The notes under the pieces are model-generated. The model was not told the DNA's origin and made no database searches. It saw only the letters and a list, made by a program, of their open reading frames with translations. Below are positions 1 through 6,867 of a stretch of 52,363 nt of DNA, piece after piece (position 1 is the first letter of the stretch; each line of letters begins with the position of its first letter). Position numbers and translations under genes: made by a program. The stretch is from the IMG/VR virus record IMGVR_UViG_3300020461_000009, positions 1 to 52,363 of that record. One strand, 5' to 3'. This DNA comes from a virus. Taxonomy: Duplodnaviria > Caudoviricetes.

Positions 1-13
1 CTCCGAAGTTACC
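1..13. repeat. Left copy of 13-nt terminal direct repeat CTCCGAAGTTACC (probable cos cohesive end or circular overlap)
   Basis: Identical to 52351-52363; the junction lies just upstream of terS on the circle. Confidence 0.85.
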
Positions 14-26
14 CACCGCCACACAG

Positions 27-39
27 CCAGAAAGAACCT
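27..39 (-). other. cosQ-like packaging termination subsite
   Basis: Minus strand AGGTTCTTTCTGG resembles lambda cosQ context GGGTCCTTTCCGG and lies just upstream of the terminal repeat. Confidence 0.6.
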
Positions 40-43
40 ATTT

Positions 44-59
44 TGTATCAACTTGTACA
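44..59. promoter_or_regulatory. NtcA-type box TGTA-N8-TACA
   Basis: TGTATCAACTTGTACA; nearly identical to the box at 1683-1698. Confidence 0.5.
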
Positions 60-86
60 TATAAACTAAGCTTATATATTTTACTT

Positions 87-236
87 AAAATATAAGCTCA
101 ACTTATTATTTCAATTTATAAATATTTTGTAATTTTACTTGACAATTTTTTATACAAGTCTCAAGTCTTAAAATTGTCTCATCATAAGATTGACTAAGTA
201 TTTATACTTAGTCAGTAAAATATAAGCCCAGCTTAT
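87..236. repeat. Cos-proximal repeats: two 20-bp direct repeats around a 10-bp inverted repeat
   Basis: AAAATATAAGCTCAACTTAT (87-106) and AAAATATAAGCCCAGCTTAT (217-236); TGACTAAGTA-ttta-TACTTAGTCA (191-214). Confidence 0.7.
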
Positions 237-476
237 CAATCAGACTTAAATGATAAGCTAAATACTAAAATTTTAAAATATAGCTATTTTTGGGTTAACA
301 GCTTTTTATAAGTACTCTCTAAGTACTCTATAAGGCCGTCAGGCAGGCCTAAATACTCCTAGAGTACTATCACACCCAAAACAAAAAACAAGCCTATTAC
401 AGGCGATTTTAGGCGAGATCGCTTGCTATCACTAGGCTCAGTTTTGTATAATGCTTATACAAAAACAAAAAAGCAT

Positions 477-502
477 AAAAAAAGCAGGCTTTAAGCCTGC
501 TT
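477..502 (-). terminator. Rho-independent terminator of the early transcript
   Basis: AAGCAGGCT-tta-AGCCTGCTT stem with adjacent A-run (U-tract on minus), after ORF 522-830. Confidence 0.8.
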
Positions 503-521
503 AAATCGTTTTAAATAGGGA

Positions 522-830
522 TTAATCGATATAACCCGTATAATATTCGATTATTTCCTTAGACTCTTTTTCGCCAGCTTTTAACTCTTTTTTAGTGAGT
601 TTATTATCAGTATTTGAAGCCATAAATAAATCTATAAAATGCCTTCTTATAGCTGGTTTAATGTCCCTGTAATCCTCGAATAAAGCGAGACTACAAAACA
701 CTATTAAAGCCCTTTTGCCCTCGGCCTTAGTTCTTTTTTGTAGCCTATGGAATGTCCCTGTATAACAAGTAAGCCAGCTTTTAACCTCGCTTGTTATGTC
801 CTCGGGTTTTTCAAACAAATCAGAATACAT
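522..830 (-). CDS. Hypothetical early protein
   Basis: 102-aa ORF with CTATCTTT leader and downstream terminator. Confidence 0.75.
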   Translation of the reverse strand: MYSDLFEKPEDITSEVKSWLTCYTGTFHRLQKRTKAEGKRALIVFCSLALFEDYRDIKPAIRRHFIDLFMASNTDNKLTKKELKAGEKESKEIIEYYTGYID

Positions 831-869
831 AATAAAAAATAAAGATAGAGTACTAATACAGTATTACAT

Positions 870-895
870 AAAAAAAGGGGTTTTAACAACCCCTT
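870..895 (-). terminator. Rho-independent terminator
   Basis: A-run followed by AAGGGGTT...AACCCCTT stem. Confidence 0.65.
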
Positions 896-955
896 AATGT
901 TTATTTAGTTTTAATGTCTATCAAAATAGTAATTGATAGGAGAATAAAAAAGAGA

Positions 956-1384
956 CTAACCATTAATTAACTTTAACCTCAATTCTCTTTTCATTAAGTC
1001 AAGTTCAAACGGCCTGATCTTTTCATACAATCTACCGCCTAGACAGTTAAAGATTTTAGACTCTGATAATATTTCCTCGCCTAGAATATAGGCGGTCATA
1101 TTGGCTATATCTTCAGAGTTAGAAAGATCACTTGAGATCTCGCCAAAATTAAATAACTCATAATCTTTAATTAGATTAATTGCATTTAATATGCTATCCC
1201 CTAACCACTTCTTACAGCGATAATAACCAATTAAGAAATAATCTTCATTAAATAAATAATAATGAAGTTCAGCCCAGTCAATAGTTAACCAGTTAGAGGT
1301 ACAAGGGAAATTAAATAAATCTTCTTGAATTTCCTCTATTTTTTCGATTGCATGATTGATGCAATCATTTTTTAAATCTTGCAT
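956..1384 (-). CDS. Hypothetical acidic phage early protein (LHxxLFNxDY.IGYY...NFGE type)
   Basis: Within ORF 956-1438; start re-called at MQDLK (1384), just after the upstream small ORF. Confidence 0.7.
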   Translation of the reverse strand: MQDLKNDCINHAIEKIEEIQEDLFNFPCTSNWLTIDWAELHYYLFNEDYFLIGYYRCKKWLGDSILNAINLIKDYELFNFGEISSDLSNSEDIANMTAYILGEEILSESKIFNCLGGRLYEKIRPFELDLMKRELRLKLING

Positions 1385-1388
1385 TGAA

Positions 1389-1538
1389 TTAACCTCTAAA
1401 GATAAGTTTAAAAAGTTTAACAATGAAAGAATAATCATTCTTTCTTTGTTGATTTTCTATAAATTCCATATAAGCAATGGAATTAACGTCTTGAATGTCT
1501 AGCCTGTCGGGTAGATAATCGTTAGAAAATAAGTTCAT
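1389..1538 (-). CDS. Small hypothetical protein, 49 aa (MNLFSNDYLPDRLDIQDVNSIAYMEF...LIFRG)
   Basis: Not in ORF track; translated by hand; CTATCTTT leader abuts the ATG; downstream of an HLR1-type promoter. Confidence 0.6.
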   Translation of the reverse strand: MNLFSNDYLPDRLDIQDVNSIAYMEFIENQQRKNDYSFIVKLFKLIFRG

Positions 1539-1567
1539 AAAGATAGTATTTAAGAATACTTTTTTAA

Positions 1568-1625
1568 AATATAAGAAAATACATTAAATTCAATACTATA
1601 TTACTACTTCTTAACAATATGTAAC
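1568..1625 (-). promoter_or_regulatory. Early promoter with HLR1/RpaB-like direct repeat
   Basis: Minus strand GTTACATA-TT-GTTAAGAA (1625-1608), -10 TATATT (1573-1568). Confidence 0.6.
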
Positions 1626-1635
1626 AATTGTAAAA

Positions 1636-1724
1636 TGTATCGTATGATACAGAAATTTTTGTATAATATGCTACACTCATTTTGTATCATCTTGTACCTT
1701 TTTAAGGTTGTAACATTTGATACA
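1636..1724. promoter_or_regulatory. Tandem array of four NtcA-type boxes (GTA-N8-TAC)
   Basis: TGTATCGTATGATACA 1636-1651; TGTATAATATGCTACA 1660-1675; TGTATCATCTTGTACC 1683-1698; TGTAACATTTGATACA 1709-1724. Confidence 0.75.
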
Positions 1725-1737
1725 TTAAAATTTTTGT

Positions 1738-1766
1738 AAAAAAAAATAGGCTTGTAAAAACCTATG
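1738..1766 (-). terminator. Probable terminator
   Basis: A-run followed by ATAGG...CCTAT stem, downstream of ORF 1855-2193. Confidence 0.5.
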
Positions 1767-1776
1767 TGTGAGTTAG

Positions 1777-1854
1777 CGAGTCCCCGAGTCCCCGAGTCCC
1801 CGAGTCCCCGAGTCCCCGAGTCCCCGAGTCCCCGAGTCCCGAGTCCCGAGTCCC
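1777..1854 (+). repeat. Tandem array of 10 CGAGTC-containing units (CGAGTCCC / CGAGTCC)
   Basis: CGAGTC starts at 1777, 1785, 1793, 1801, 1809, 1817, 1825, 1833, 1840 and 1847. Confidence 0.95.
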
Positions 1855-2193
1855 TTATGATTTGTAGATTTGCCCTGATCTAAAAGGCATTAAAATTTCC
1901 TCTTGATAGCGATCATAGATAAACCACTTAAAGTTTTTTTGAAATACACTTAAACCAAAAGCAAACTCCTCTAATAAAGCGTTTAACCTTGATTTAGTTG
2001 TATTAGTTTGCCAGCCGCCATCGAAGATGGTTAATTCTCTTTTAGGGTGGTTATAACTGCCTATAAGGTTATTATGTAGGTAGATTTGTGACTCTATACC
2101 ATCAGCAGAAGTTCTTACTGCTGTGTTACCTTTTGAGAAGTATTTTTTTTGAACCCTGATAGCGTGGTTCATTTCTTTTTCAATTTTTCTCAT
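1855..2193 (-). CDS. Conserved cyanophage-type hypothetical protein (GGWQTNTTKSRLNALL motif)
   Basis: 112-aa ORF; motif recalled from cyanophage early proteins. Confidence 0.75.
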   Translation of the reverse strand: MRKIEKEMNHAIRVQKKYFSKGNTAVRTSADGIESQIYLHNNLIGSYNHPKRELTIFDGGWQTNTTKSRLNALLEEFAFGLSVFQKNFKWFIYDRYQEEILMPFRSGQIYKS

Positions 2194-2218
2194 AACATTT
2201 AAAGATAAAGAATAAAAA

Positions 2219-2280
2219 ATAGGACTTACGTTCTTAGTGTGATTTAGTAAATAGTGTGAGTTAGTTAGTGAACTGCCTAT
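2219..2280 (-). ncRNA. Putative 5'-leader RNA element (GG-CN / GUAAGY-CC internal loop)
   Basis: ATAGG-CA-GTTC...GAAC-GTAAGT-CCTAT, starting at the predicted TSS; same pattern at 4370-4429 and 20855-20900. Confidence 0.45.
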
Positions 2281-2286
2281 GACCTA

Positions 2287-2346
2287 ATATTAGTGCATAT
2301 TTTGGCCTAGTTAGTATTGTTACAGTACTTCTTAATACTTTGTAAC
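2287..2346 (-). promoter_or_regulatory. Early promoter with HLR1/RpaB-like repeat
   Basis: GTTACAAA-GT-ATTAAGAA then GTACTGTAACAATACTAA; -10 TAATAT. Confidence 0.65.
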
Positions 2347-2348
2347 AA

Positions 2349-2558
2349 TTAATAAAGAGAGCATTTTTTTATTCTCTCAGGGAAATAAGTTCCTACAACC
2401 TCATTGTACATAGCCATAAAATTAACTATTTCAGTATCGCTAAATTTTGCAAGTGCATCTTTTTTAGCGTGTTCTAAAGATTGCAACATTAAGTTAGTCT
2501 GCCAATCAGTTAACTTAAAAACTCGCATCTTTTTGATTTGATTGTCTGTAAGGTTCAT
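2349..2558 (-). CDS. Hypothetical early protein
   Basis: Within ORF 2349-2582; start re-called at MNLTD after the CTATCTTT leader. Confidence 0.7.
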   Translation of the reverse strand: MNLTDNQIKKMRVFKLTDWQTNLMLQSLEHAKKDALAKFSDTEIVNFMAMYNEVVGTYFPERIKKCSLY

Positions 2559-2586
2559 AATAAAAGATAGTTGCTTTAACAATTCA

Positions 2587-2646
2587 AATGTACCTTAGAT
2601 TTATAGCTAATTAGTATTGTAACAGTACTTCTTAACATTTTGTAAC
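2587..2646 (-). promoter_or_regulatory. Early promoter with HLR1/RpaB-like repeat
   Basis: GTTACAAA-AT-GTTAAGAA; -10 TACATT; spacing identical to 2287-2346. Confidence 0.7.
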
Positions 2647-2649
2647 AAT

Positions 2650-2678
2650 AAAAAAAGAGCTAATTTTACTTAGCTCTT
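2650..2678 (-). terminator. Rho-independent terminator
   Basis: A-run plus AAGAGCTAA...TTAGCTCTT stem. Confidence 0.75.
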
Positions 2679-2740
2679 ACTAACCCTTTTGTGTGTGTGA
2701 TCGCTTGCCTGCGAGTCTCTCAGCGAGTGCCTGCAAGTCT

Positions 2741-2953
2741 TTAACCCTCTTCTACCAAGTGAGTTAATTTCATAGTTCTCAATCCAGTATCGTCAGTAAA
2801 GAAAAATTTACCTATATGCTGTTTTTGAGCTTTCTCGATAATTGCATGACATCTATCAGCAATTTCTTGATGATTTTCGGCCATACGTCTTTCTACTCTT
2901 TGGTATAAAGTTCGATTATCGAAAATTTCTTGAATGATGTAATAATCGGTCAT
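2741..2953 (-). CDS. Hypothetical protein
   Basis: 70-aa ORF, ATGA overlap with upstream gene. Confidence 0.7.
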   Translation of the reverse strand: MTDYYIIQEIFDNRTLYQRVERRMAENHQEIADRCHAIIEKAQKQHIGKFFFTDDTGLRTMKLTHLVEEG

Positions 2954-3219
2954 TTTCGTACCTCCTCAAAGTTGTAAGTTTTTTCTAAAATGCTCCGCAC
3001 TCTCTCTCTATCTATAGAATCGCCATCCCCCCAAGTCCAAGTAGATTCGGGATTATCTAAAAACAATTCATAATCTTTTACTGCCTTTTTGATGTCAGTT
3101 TTTGTAAGTTTTTGCCCTGTTACCATCTGGTGTAAGGGGTAAATTGCATCATAAGAACCATAAAAGCTATAGACATAATCTATAAATTCTTGTTTTTGTG
3201 AAGTTAAGATAGAAGTCAT
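2950..3219 (-). CDS. Conserved cyanophage-type hypothetical protein (FIDYVYSFYG...GDSIDRERVR)
   Basis: Start re-called at MTSIL after CTATCTTTATC leader. Confidence 0.75.
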   Translation of the reverse strand: MTSILTSQKQEFIDYVYSFYGSYDAIYPLHQMVTGQKLTKTDIKKAVKDYELFLDNPESTWTWGDGDSIDRERVRSILEKTYNFEEVRK

Positions 3220-3247
3220 TGATAAAGATAGTTTGTTGAACACCCTT

Positions 3248-3306
3248 ACTATAGCTGTAATTTTTACTTGTTAGTATTGTTACAGTATTTCTTAACATTC
3301 TGTAAC
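3248..3306 (-). promoter_or_regulatory. Early promoter with HLR1/RpaB-like repeat
   Basis: GTTACAGA-AT-GTTAAGAA; -10 TATAGT. Confidence 0.7.
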
Positions 3307-3309
3307 AAT

Positions 3310-3339
3310 AAAAAAAAGAGGGGTTTATCACTCCCCTCT
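3310..3339 (-). terminator. Rho-independent terminator
   Basis: A-run plus AGAGGGG...CCCCTCT stem. Confidence 0.75.
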
Positions 3340-3397
3340 AGGTACTATCTTTATATGCCACCCTGTTTGCGTGCCTGCGAGTCTCTGCAAGTCTCTA

Positions 3398-3850
3398 CTA
3401 GCCATAAACTAGGGTGTTATAGGTTGTTATCTGCAGTATAGAATCTGCTATAGAAGAATCTATAAGTCCCAAGTCTTTATCCTTAAATGCTTCAAAAACT
3501 TGACCACAATCATAAGTATTAAGATTAGTTTTACCTGAGACTATGTTTTCTATAGCTTTAATAACATCTCCAACTTTTAATTCATGTTTATCTTCTTCAA
3601 TATCTTCTATCCTAATTTTGGTGTCTAGTGTTAAATCTTTTACCCAAGCGCAACAGCCCTCATGCTCATAATCTTGATTAGGTAGGTAGTAGCCATCTTC
3701 GTCTTCTTCAATGTCTCCTACTGTAACGCTATGCGCCCAATATCCTGACCCTTGACCCATAGTGCAAAATAAATCTCTAAGGTCTTGTATGCTAATTTCA
3801 AACCAAAAATTAGCGTGTAATTGAAATTTTTGTTCGGTTGTTTTAGGCAT
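3398..3850 (-). CDS. Hypothetical acidic protein
   Basis: 150-aa ORF, TAATG coupling, GGAGGAG SD. Confidence 0.8.
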   Translation of the reverse strand: MPKTTEQKFQLHANFWFEISIQDLRDLFCTMGQGSGYWAHSVTVGDIEEDEDGYYLPNQDYEHEGCCAWVKDLTLDTKIRIEDIEEDKHELKVGDVIKAIENIVSGKTNLNTYDCGQVFEAFKDKDLGLIDSSIADSILQITTYNTLVYG

Positions 3851-4341
3851 TACTCCTCCTCCTTTTTGTTTTCGTCAATGTAATCTAATAACTTATATGC
3901 CATATCATTAATAACTTCATACTGAGCCAAACCAATAAGCTCAAATATATTTTCTTGACCACTAGCATGATCTGACTCAACAAGGCCACGATTTAGGTTC
4001 TCTCCTAACCATCTAACTCGATCAGCATTGTAAACATCTACAAGACCATCAACAATTTCAAATCTACGATCTTCTACCTCGTCACGATCTTCGCACTCTA
4101 CGAAATCTAAAAGTAAAAAATAGATAGTGCTATATCGCCAATCATTAGGCCACTCTTCATCATGCAATTTATATATGAGATTATCTAGTATCTCTTCTCT
4201 ATCGACATGATTATCATCAATAGTGTAATAAGTTTTACTCATGCCACGATCTACTTGCTCTTGAGTTCTAGTGTTTCTTACAAAAGCGTCAATTAAATAC
4301 TGTGTGTATTCTTGAAATTTAGTTTTAGTTGAATTAGCCAT
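3850..4341 (-). CDS. Acidic protein resembling the T7 Ocr (gp0.3) DNA-mimic anti-restriction family
   Basis: DRDEVEDRRFEIVDGLVDVYNAD...QYEV aligns by eye with Ocr [23 protein letters not shown]...IYEQ; highly acidic; early position. Confidence 0.5.
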   Translation of the reverse strand: MANSTKTKFQEYTQYLIDAFVRNTRTQEQVDRGMSKTYYTIDDNHVDREEILDNLIYKLHDEEWPNDWRYSTIYFLLLDFVECEDRDEVEDRRFEIVDGLVDVYNADRVRWLGENLNRGLVESDHASGQENIFELIGLAQYEVINDMAYKLLDYIDENKKEEE

Positions 4342-4369
4342 AAGCTTAAAGATAGAAAATAAAAGTTAG

Positions 4370-4429
4370 TCAGGACTTACAAGACGTAATTTCTTAACTG
4401 AATTAAGACAACCATAGATCTCGGCCTGA
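4370..4429 (-). ncRNA. Putative 5'-leader RNA element (GG-CN / GUAAGY-CC)
   Basis: TCAGG-CC-GAGAT...GTCTT-GTAAGT-CCTGA immediately after the predicted TSS. Confidence 0.45.
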
Positions 4430-4436
4430 TATTTAT

Positions 4437-4485
4437 ACAATAGCAAATTATAATACTATTGTGGTAGTTTGTTACATTTGTTAAT
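4437..4485 (-). promoter_or_regulatory. Early promoter with HLR1-like repeat
   Basis: ATTAACAA-AT-GTAACAAA; -10 TATTGT (alternative TATAAT at 4452-4447). Confidence 0.5.
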
Positions 4486-4717
4486 ACTCAATACCATATC
4501 CGTCAGTATCTTTAAATTCATTTAAAAACTTTTTTATAACATAAGGATTCAAAGTTTTATTATGAAAGACTTTAATAAATTGAGCAGCCATAAAAATTCT
4601 TTCTTCGTCCCAAATAGTATTATGATTCACATCAAATTTAATTTGATTTCTAATTGCCTGTGAATAATTTAATTCAACAGTTACATCTTCAAATTTTTTT
4701 GTTTTTCTAGTAGCCAT
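4481..4717 (-). CDS. Hypothetical protein
   Basis: 78-aa ORF. Confidence 0.7.
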   Translation of the reverse strand: MATRKTKKFEDVTVELNYSQAIRNQIKFDVNHNTIWDEERIFMAAQFIKVFHNKTLNPYVIKKFLNEFKDTDGYGIEY

Positions 4718-4735
4718 AATAATTGATAAAAATAA

Positions 4736-4799
4736 GGGTTAGTATTATACCTAGAAGTTTTTTCAAGCCCCTTCTAGGCGATTCTGAGAGGGCAATTTT
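4736..4799 (+). repeat. Dispersed ~60-bp element (GGT-N9-ACC...AAGCCCCTTCTAGGCGATTCTGA)
   Basis: Related copies at 362-414, 6347-6399 and, inverted, 25312-25374. Confidence 0.6.
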
Positions 4800-4963
4800 A
4801 TACCTAAAGCGTCATATTCTGCTTTAAGTTGCTCATCACTAATTTCGTGATTAAACCAAGCGTTTTCAATAATGGCTCTTCTTTCGGCTCTTTCTTTTTT
4901 TGTTGATATTCTTTTCATAGGTTTAAAAATAGCGTAAGGAGAGCAGATATAATTGTTTTCCAT
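4763..4963 (-). CDS. Hypothetical protein
   Basis: 66-aa ORF, TAATG coupling; alternative start at 4918. Confidence 0.6.
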   Translation of the reverse strand: MENNYICSPYAIFKPMKRISTKKERAERRAIIENAWFNHEISDEQLKAEYDALGIKLPSQNRLEGA

Positions 4964-5184
4964 TAATGGTCACAATTATGAGCTTTATAAACATCTTCAT
5001 TCCAATGTTCATTATTTTTAAGTATTCCTAGACGAGTCATAATCTGGTCATATACAAACATACCTGATCTACTCATGCGGCCAGAAGTGTAGTCCCAACC
5101 TAAATCTACTAGGTCATCTATTAATTCAGAATTTTTTTTGTATTTATCTGTTTTGATTTTTTTAGGTGCAAATGGATTAGACAT
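4963..5184 (-). CDS. Hypothetical protein
   Basis: 73-aa ORF. Confidence 0.7.
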   Translation of the reverse strand: MSNPFAPKKIKTDKYKKNSELIDDLVDLGWDYTSGRMSRSGMFVYDQIMTRLGILKNNEHWNEDVYKAHNCDH

Positions 5185-5225
5185 AATAATAAAAAATAAG
5201 GTTTACATATAATGGTTAGGGGGTC

Positions 5226-6017
5226 TTATGACCCACCTAACCTTTTGTAGCCACCGCTTGCGACTTGCCTAGATAAGCCTACGCTACCGCCTGCTGATTG
5301 CCCTGCTGAACTACCAGAACCGCCTTGAGTAAAACCAGAACTAGAACCTAATCTAGGATACTTTTGTTTTTTGTATGCTCTGATAATTTCTTTTTCTGTA
5401 TTGTTTTTCTTTTGAACTGCTAGTGCAGATTGGTTAACAGTTTTACTGTCAAGTTGTAATTGTCTACCATTCTCTTCCTCTTCTAATTTCATTTCATAGA
5501 AACGACTAGCAACTTTGTTTGCCCAACCTTTTCTAAAGCTGTTTCTGTGGGCTGAACCCATCATTGCAACTTGAAATGGATCTTCTTTGCAATGCTTTGT
5601 CCAATCATCTTCTAAAGCCTGTAAAAGATAATCTGTATAGATCTCTATTTCTATTTGACTTTTCTTTGATGAGAAGACCTCGAAATGTCTAGTTATCGTA
5701 CGCTTATAACTATATCCGTTATAGTCAGCGTCATCAAAAGCATAAACAATAGAGCCATTATAAAACCTAGCAACTGCACCTAATATTGTTGCTGTAGCAG
5801 GGTCGATGCGCTTGTAAGGTTGTCCATATCTGAATGAGATAGCTTCTATCTCCTCGTCAACAGTAGACATATCTAACTGCTGCTCTAGTTGTTCTTTAGT
5901 AATACCTCTAGCTTGAAGCTGTTGCTCTAGCTTTTCTTCTGCTGCTCTTCTCTCGTTAGGATTAGAAGAAGTTGTTAGTCCTAAAATTTTAGATAGAACT
6001 GATAATGATCTTGCCAT
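5226..6017 (-). CDS. DUF2786-domain protein
   Basis: N-terminal LSKILGLTTSSNPNERRAA matches the DUF2786 pattern; NSFRKGW motif and Gly-rich tail; start re-called at MARSL. Confidence 0.75.
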   Translation of the reverse strand: MARSLSVLSKILGLTTSSNPNERRAAEEKLEQQLQARGITKEQLEQQLDMSTVDEEIEAISFRYGQPYKRIDPATATILGAVARFYNGSIVYAFDDADYNGYSYKRTITRHFEVFSSKKSQIEIEIYTDYLLQALEDDWTKHCKEDPFQVAMMGSAHRNSFRKGWANKVASRFYEMKLEEEENGRQLQLDSKTVNQSALAVQKKNNTEKEIIRAYKKQKYPRLGSSSGFTQGGSGSSAGQSAGGSVGLSRQVASGGYKRLGGS

Positions 6018-6050
6018 GTGATAAAAGATAGTAAAATTGTTTACATATTT

Positions 6051-6099
6051 AATATAGCGCATTATGGTACTAATGCGCTACTTTGTTACATTCTGTAAT
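6051..6099 (-). promoter_or_regulatory. Early promoter with HLR1-like repeat
   Basis: ATTACAGA-AT-GTAACAAA; -10 TATATT; contains the TAGCGCATTA...TAATGCGCTA palindrome. Confidence 0.6.
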
Positions 6100-6101
6100 A
6101 T

Positions 6102-6329
6102 TTAATTATTGGTTTTTTGAAGCTTTGAAAAAAATAAATATTTAAGATTATTGTTCATTAAAAAAGCAAGAATATAACTTCTTACTATTTTTCTTATGCC
6201 TTCTATGTCTGAATAAGTTAATTTATCAGATTCAAAAATATAAGACATTTTATTAAGATCATGTATAAATTCAAAAAATAAATCTTCATTTGAATTGTTG
6301 CATCTTTCTATAAGTTCAGAAGTAATCAT
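6102..6329 (-). CDS. Hypothetical protein
   Basis: 75-aa ORF, very AT-rich. Confidence 0.6.
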   Translation of the reverse strand: MITSELIERCNNSNEDLFFEFIHDLNKMSYIFESDKLTYSDIEGIRKIVRSYILAFLMNNNLKYLFFSKLQKTNN

Positions 6330-6408
6330 AATTTTTCTAAAGATAAGGGTTATAGATATACCTAGAACAACTTAGAGGGCTGTTCTAGGCGATTGTGAGT
6401 GGACTAAA

Positions 6409-6714
6409 TTAGACCACTACATAAATTTTTTCAAGATAAGGACATTCTTGCTTTGTTTCTAAACAAGTAACAACATCAAAGCTATCCATTGACCAACCTT
6501 GAGCATTTGAAATATCAAAAATGTGAACTGTCAACTTTTGATTCTTAGGAAATTTATAAAGATGTTTGTTGCATCTTTTAAAATGTTTCCCTGCTTTGGT
6601 TGATAATACATAATTGTCTTCTGAGCCTTGCGCCCAACAATTACAAAGTTCTCGACCTCCAAAGATAAAAGCAAGCTTAGTTGCTTTTTCTGTTTTCAAT
6701 AAAGTCTTAGACAT
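6409..6714 (-). CDS. Hypothetical protein
   Basis: 101-aa ORF, CTATCTTTT leader. Confidence 0.75.
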   Translation of the reverse strand: MSKTLLKTEKATKLAFIFGGRELCNCWAQGSEDNYVLSTKAGKHFKRCNKHLYKFPKNQKLTVHIFDISNAQGWSMDSFDVVTCLETKQECPYLEKIYVVV

Positions 6715-6742
6715 AAAAGATAGTAAAATAAACTACACACTT

Positions 6743-6791
6743 AATATAGCAACTATTAGTATTAATATGCTACTCTGTAACAATTTGTAAT
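6743..6791 (-). promoter_or_regulatory. Early promoter with HLR1-like repeat
   Basis: ATTACAAA-TT-GTTACAGA; -10 TATATT. Confidence 0.6.
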
Positions 6792-6867
6792 AATTAGTAG
6801 TGGGCTTACATTATTGGAATGTGGCTCAAAAAAGAACTCAGGTATGCCAAATCAAATGCCACTATGC

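Noticed and set aside
445-461. TGTA...TACA near the left end as an NtcA box
   Set aside because: Spacer is 9 nt, not 8
1777-1854. CRISPR-like array
   Set aside because: Units are 7-8 bp with no spacers and no cas genes; it is a simple tandem repeat
3345-3442. Plus-strand CTATCTTTAT leader followed by ATG and a 28-codon antisense ORF
   Set aside because: Overlaps the motif cluster and the end of a real gene; no promoter or other support
6801-6833. Fourth copy of the GUAAGY RNA motif
   Set aside because: Contains GTAAGCCC on the minus strand, but the closing stem pairs poorly; treated as a simple hairpin
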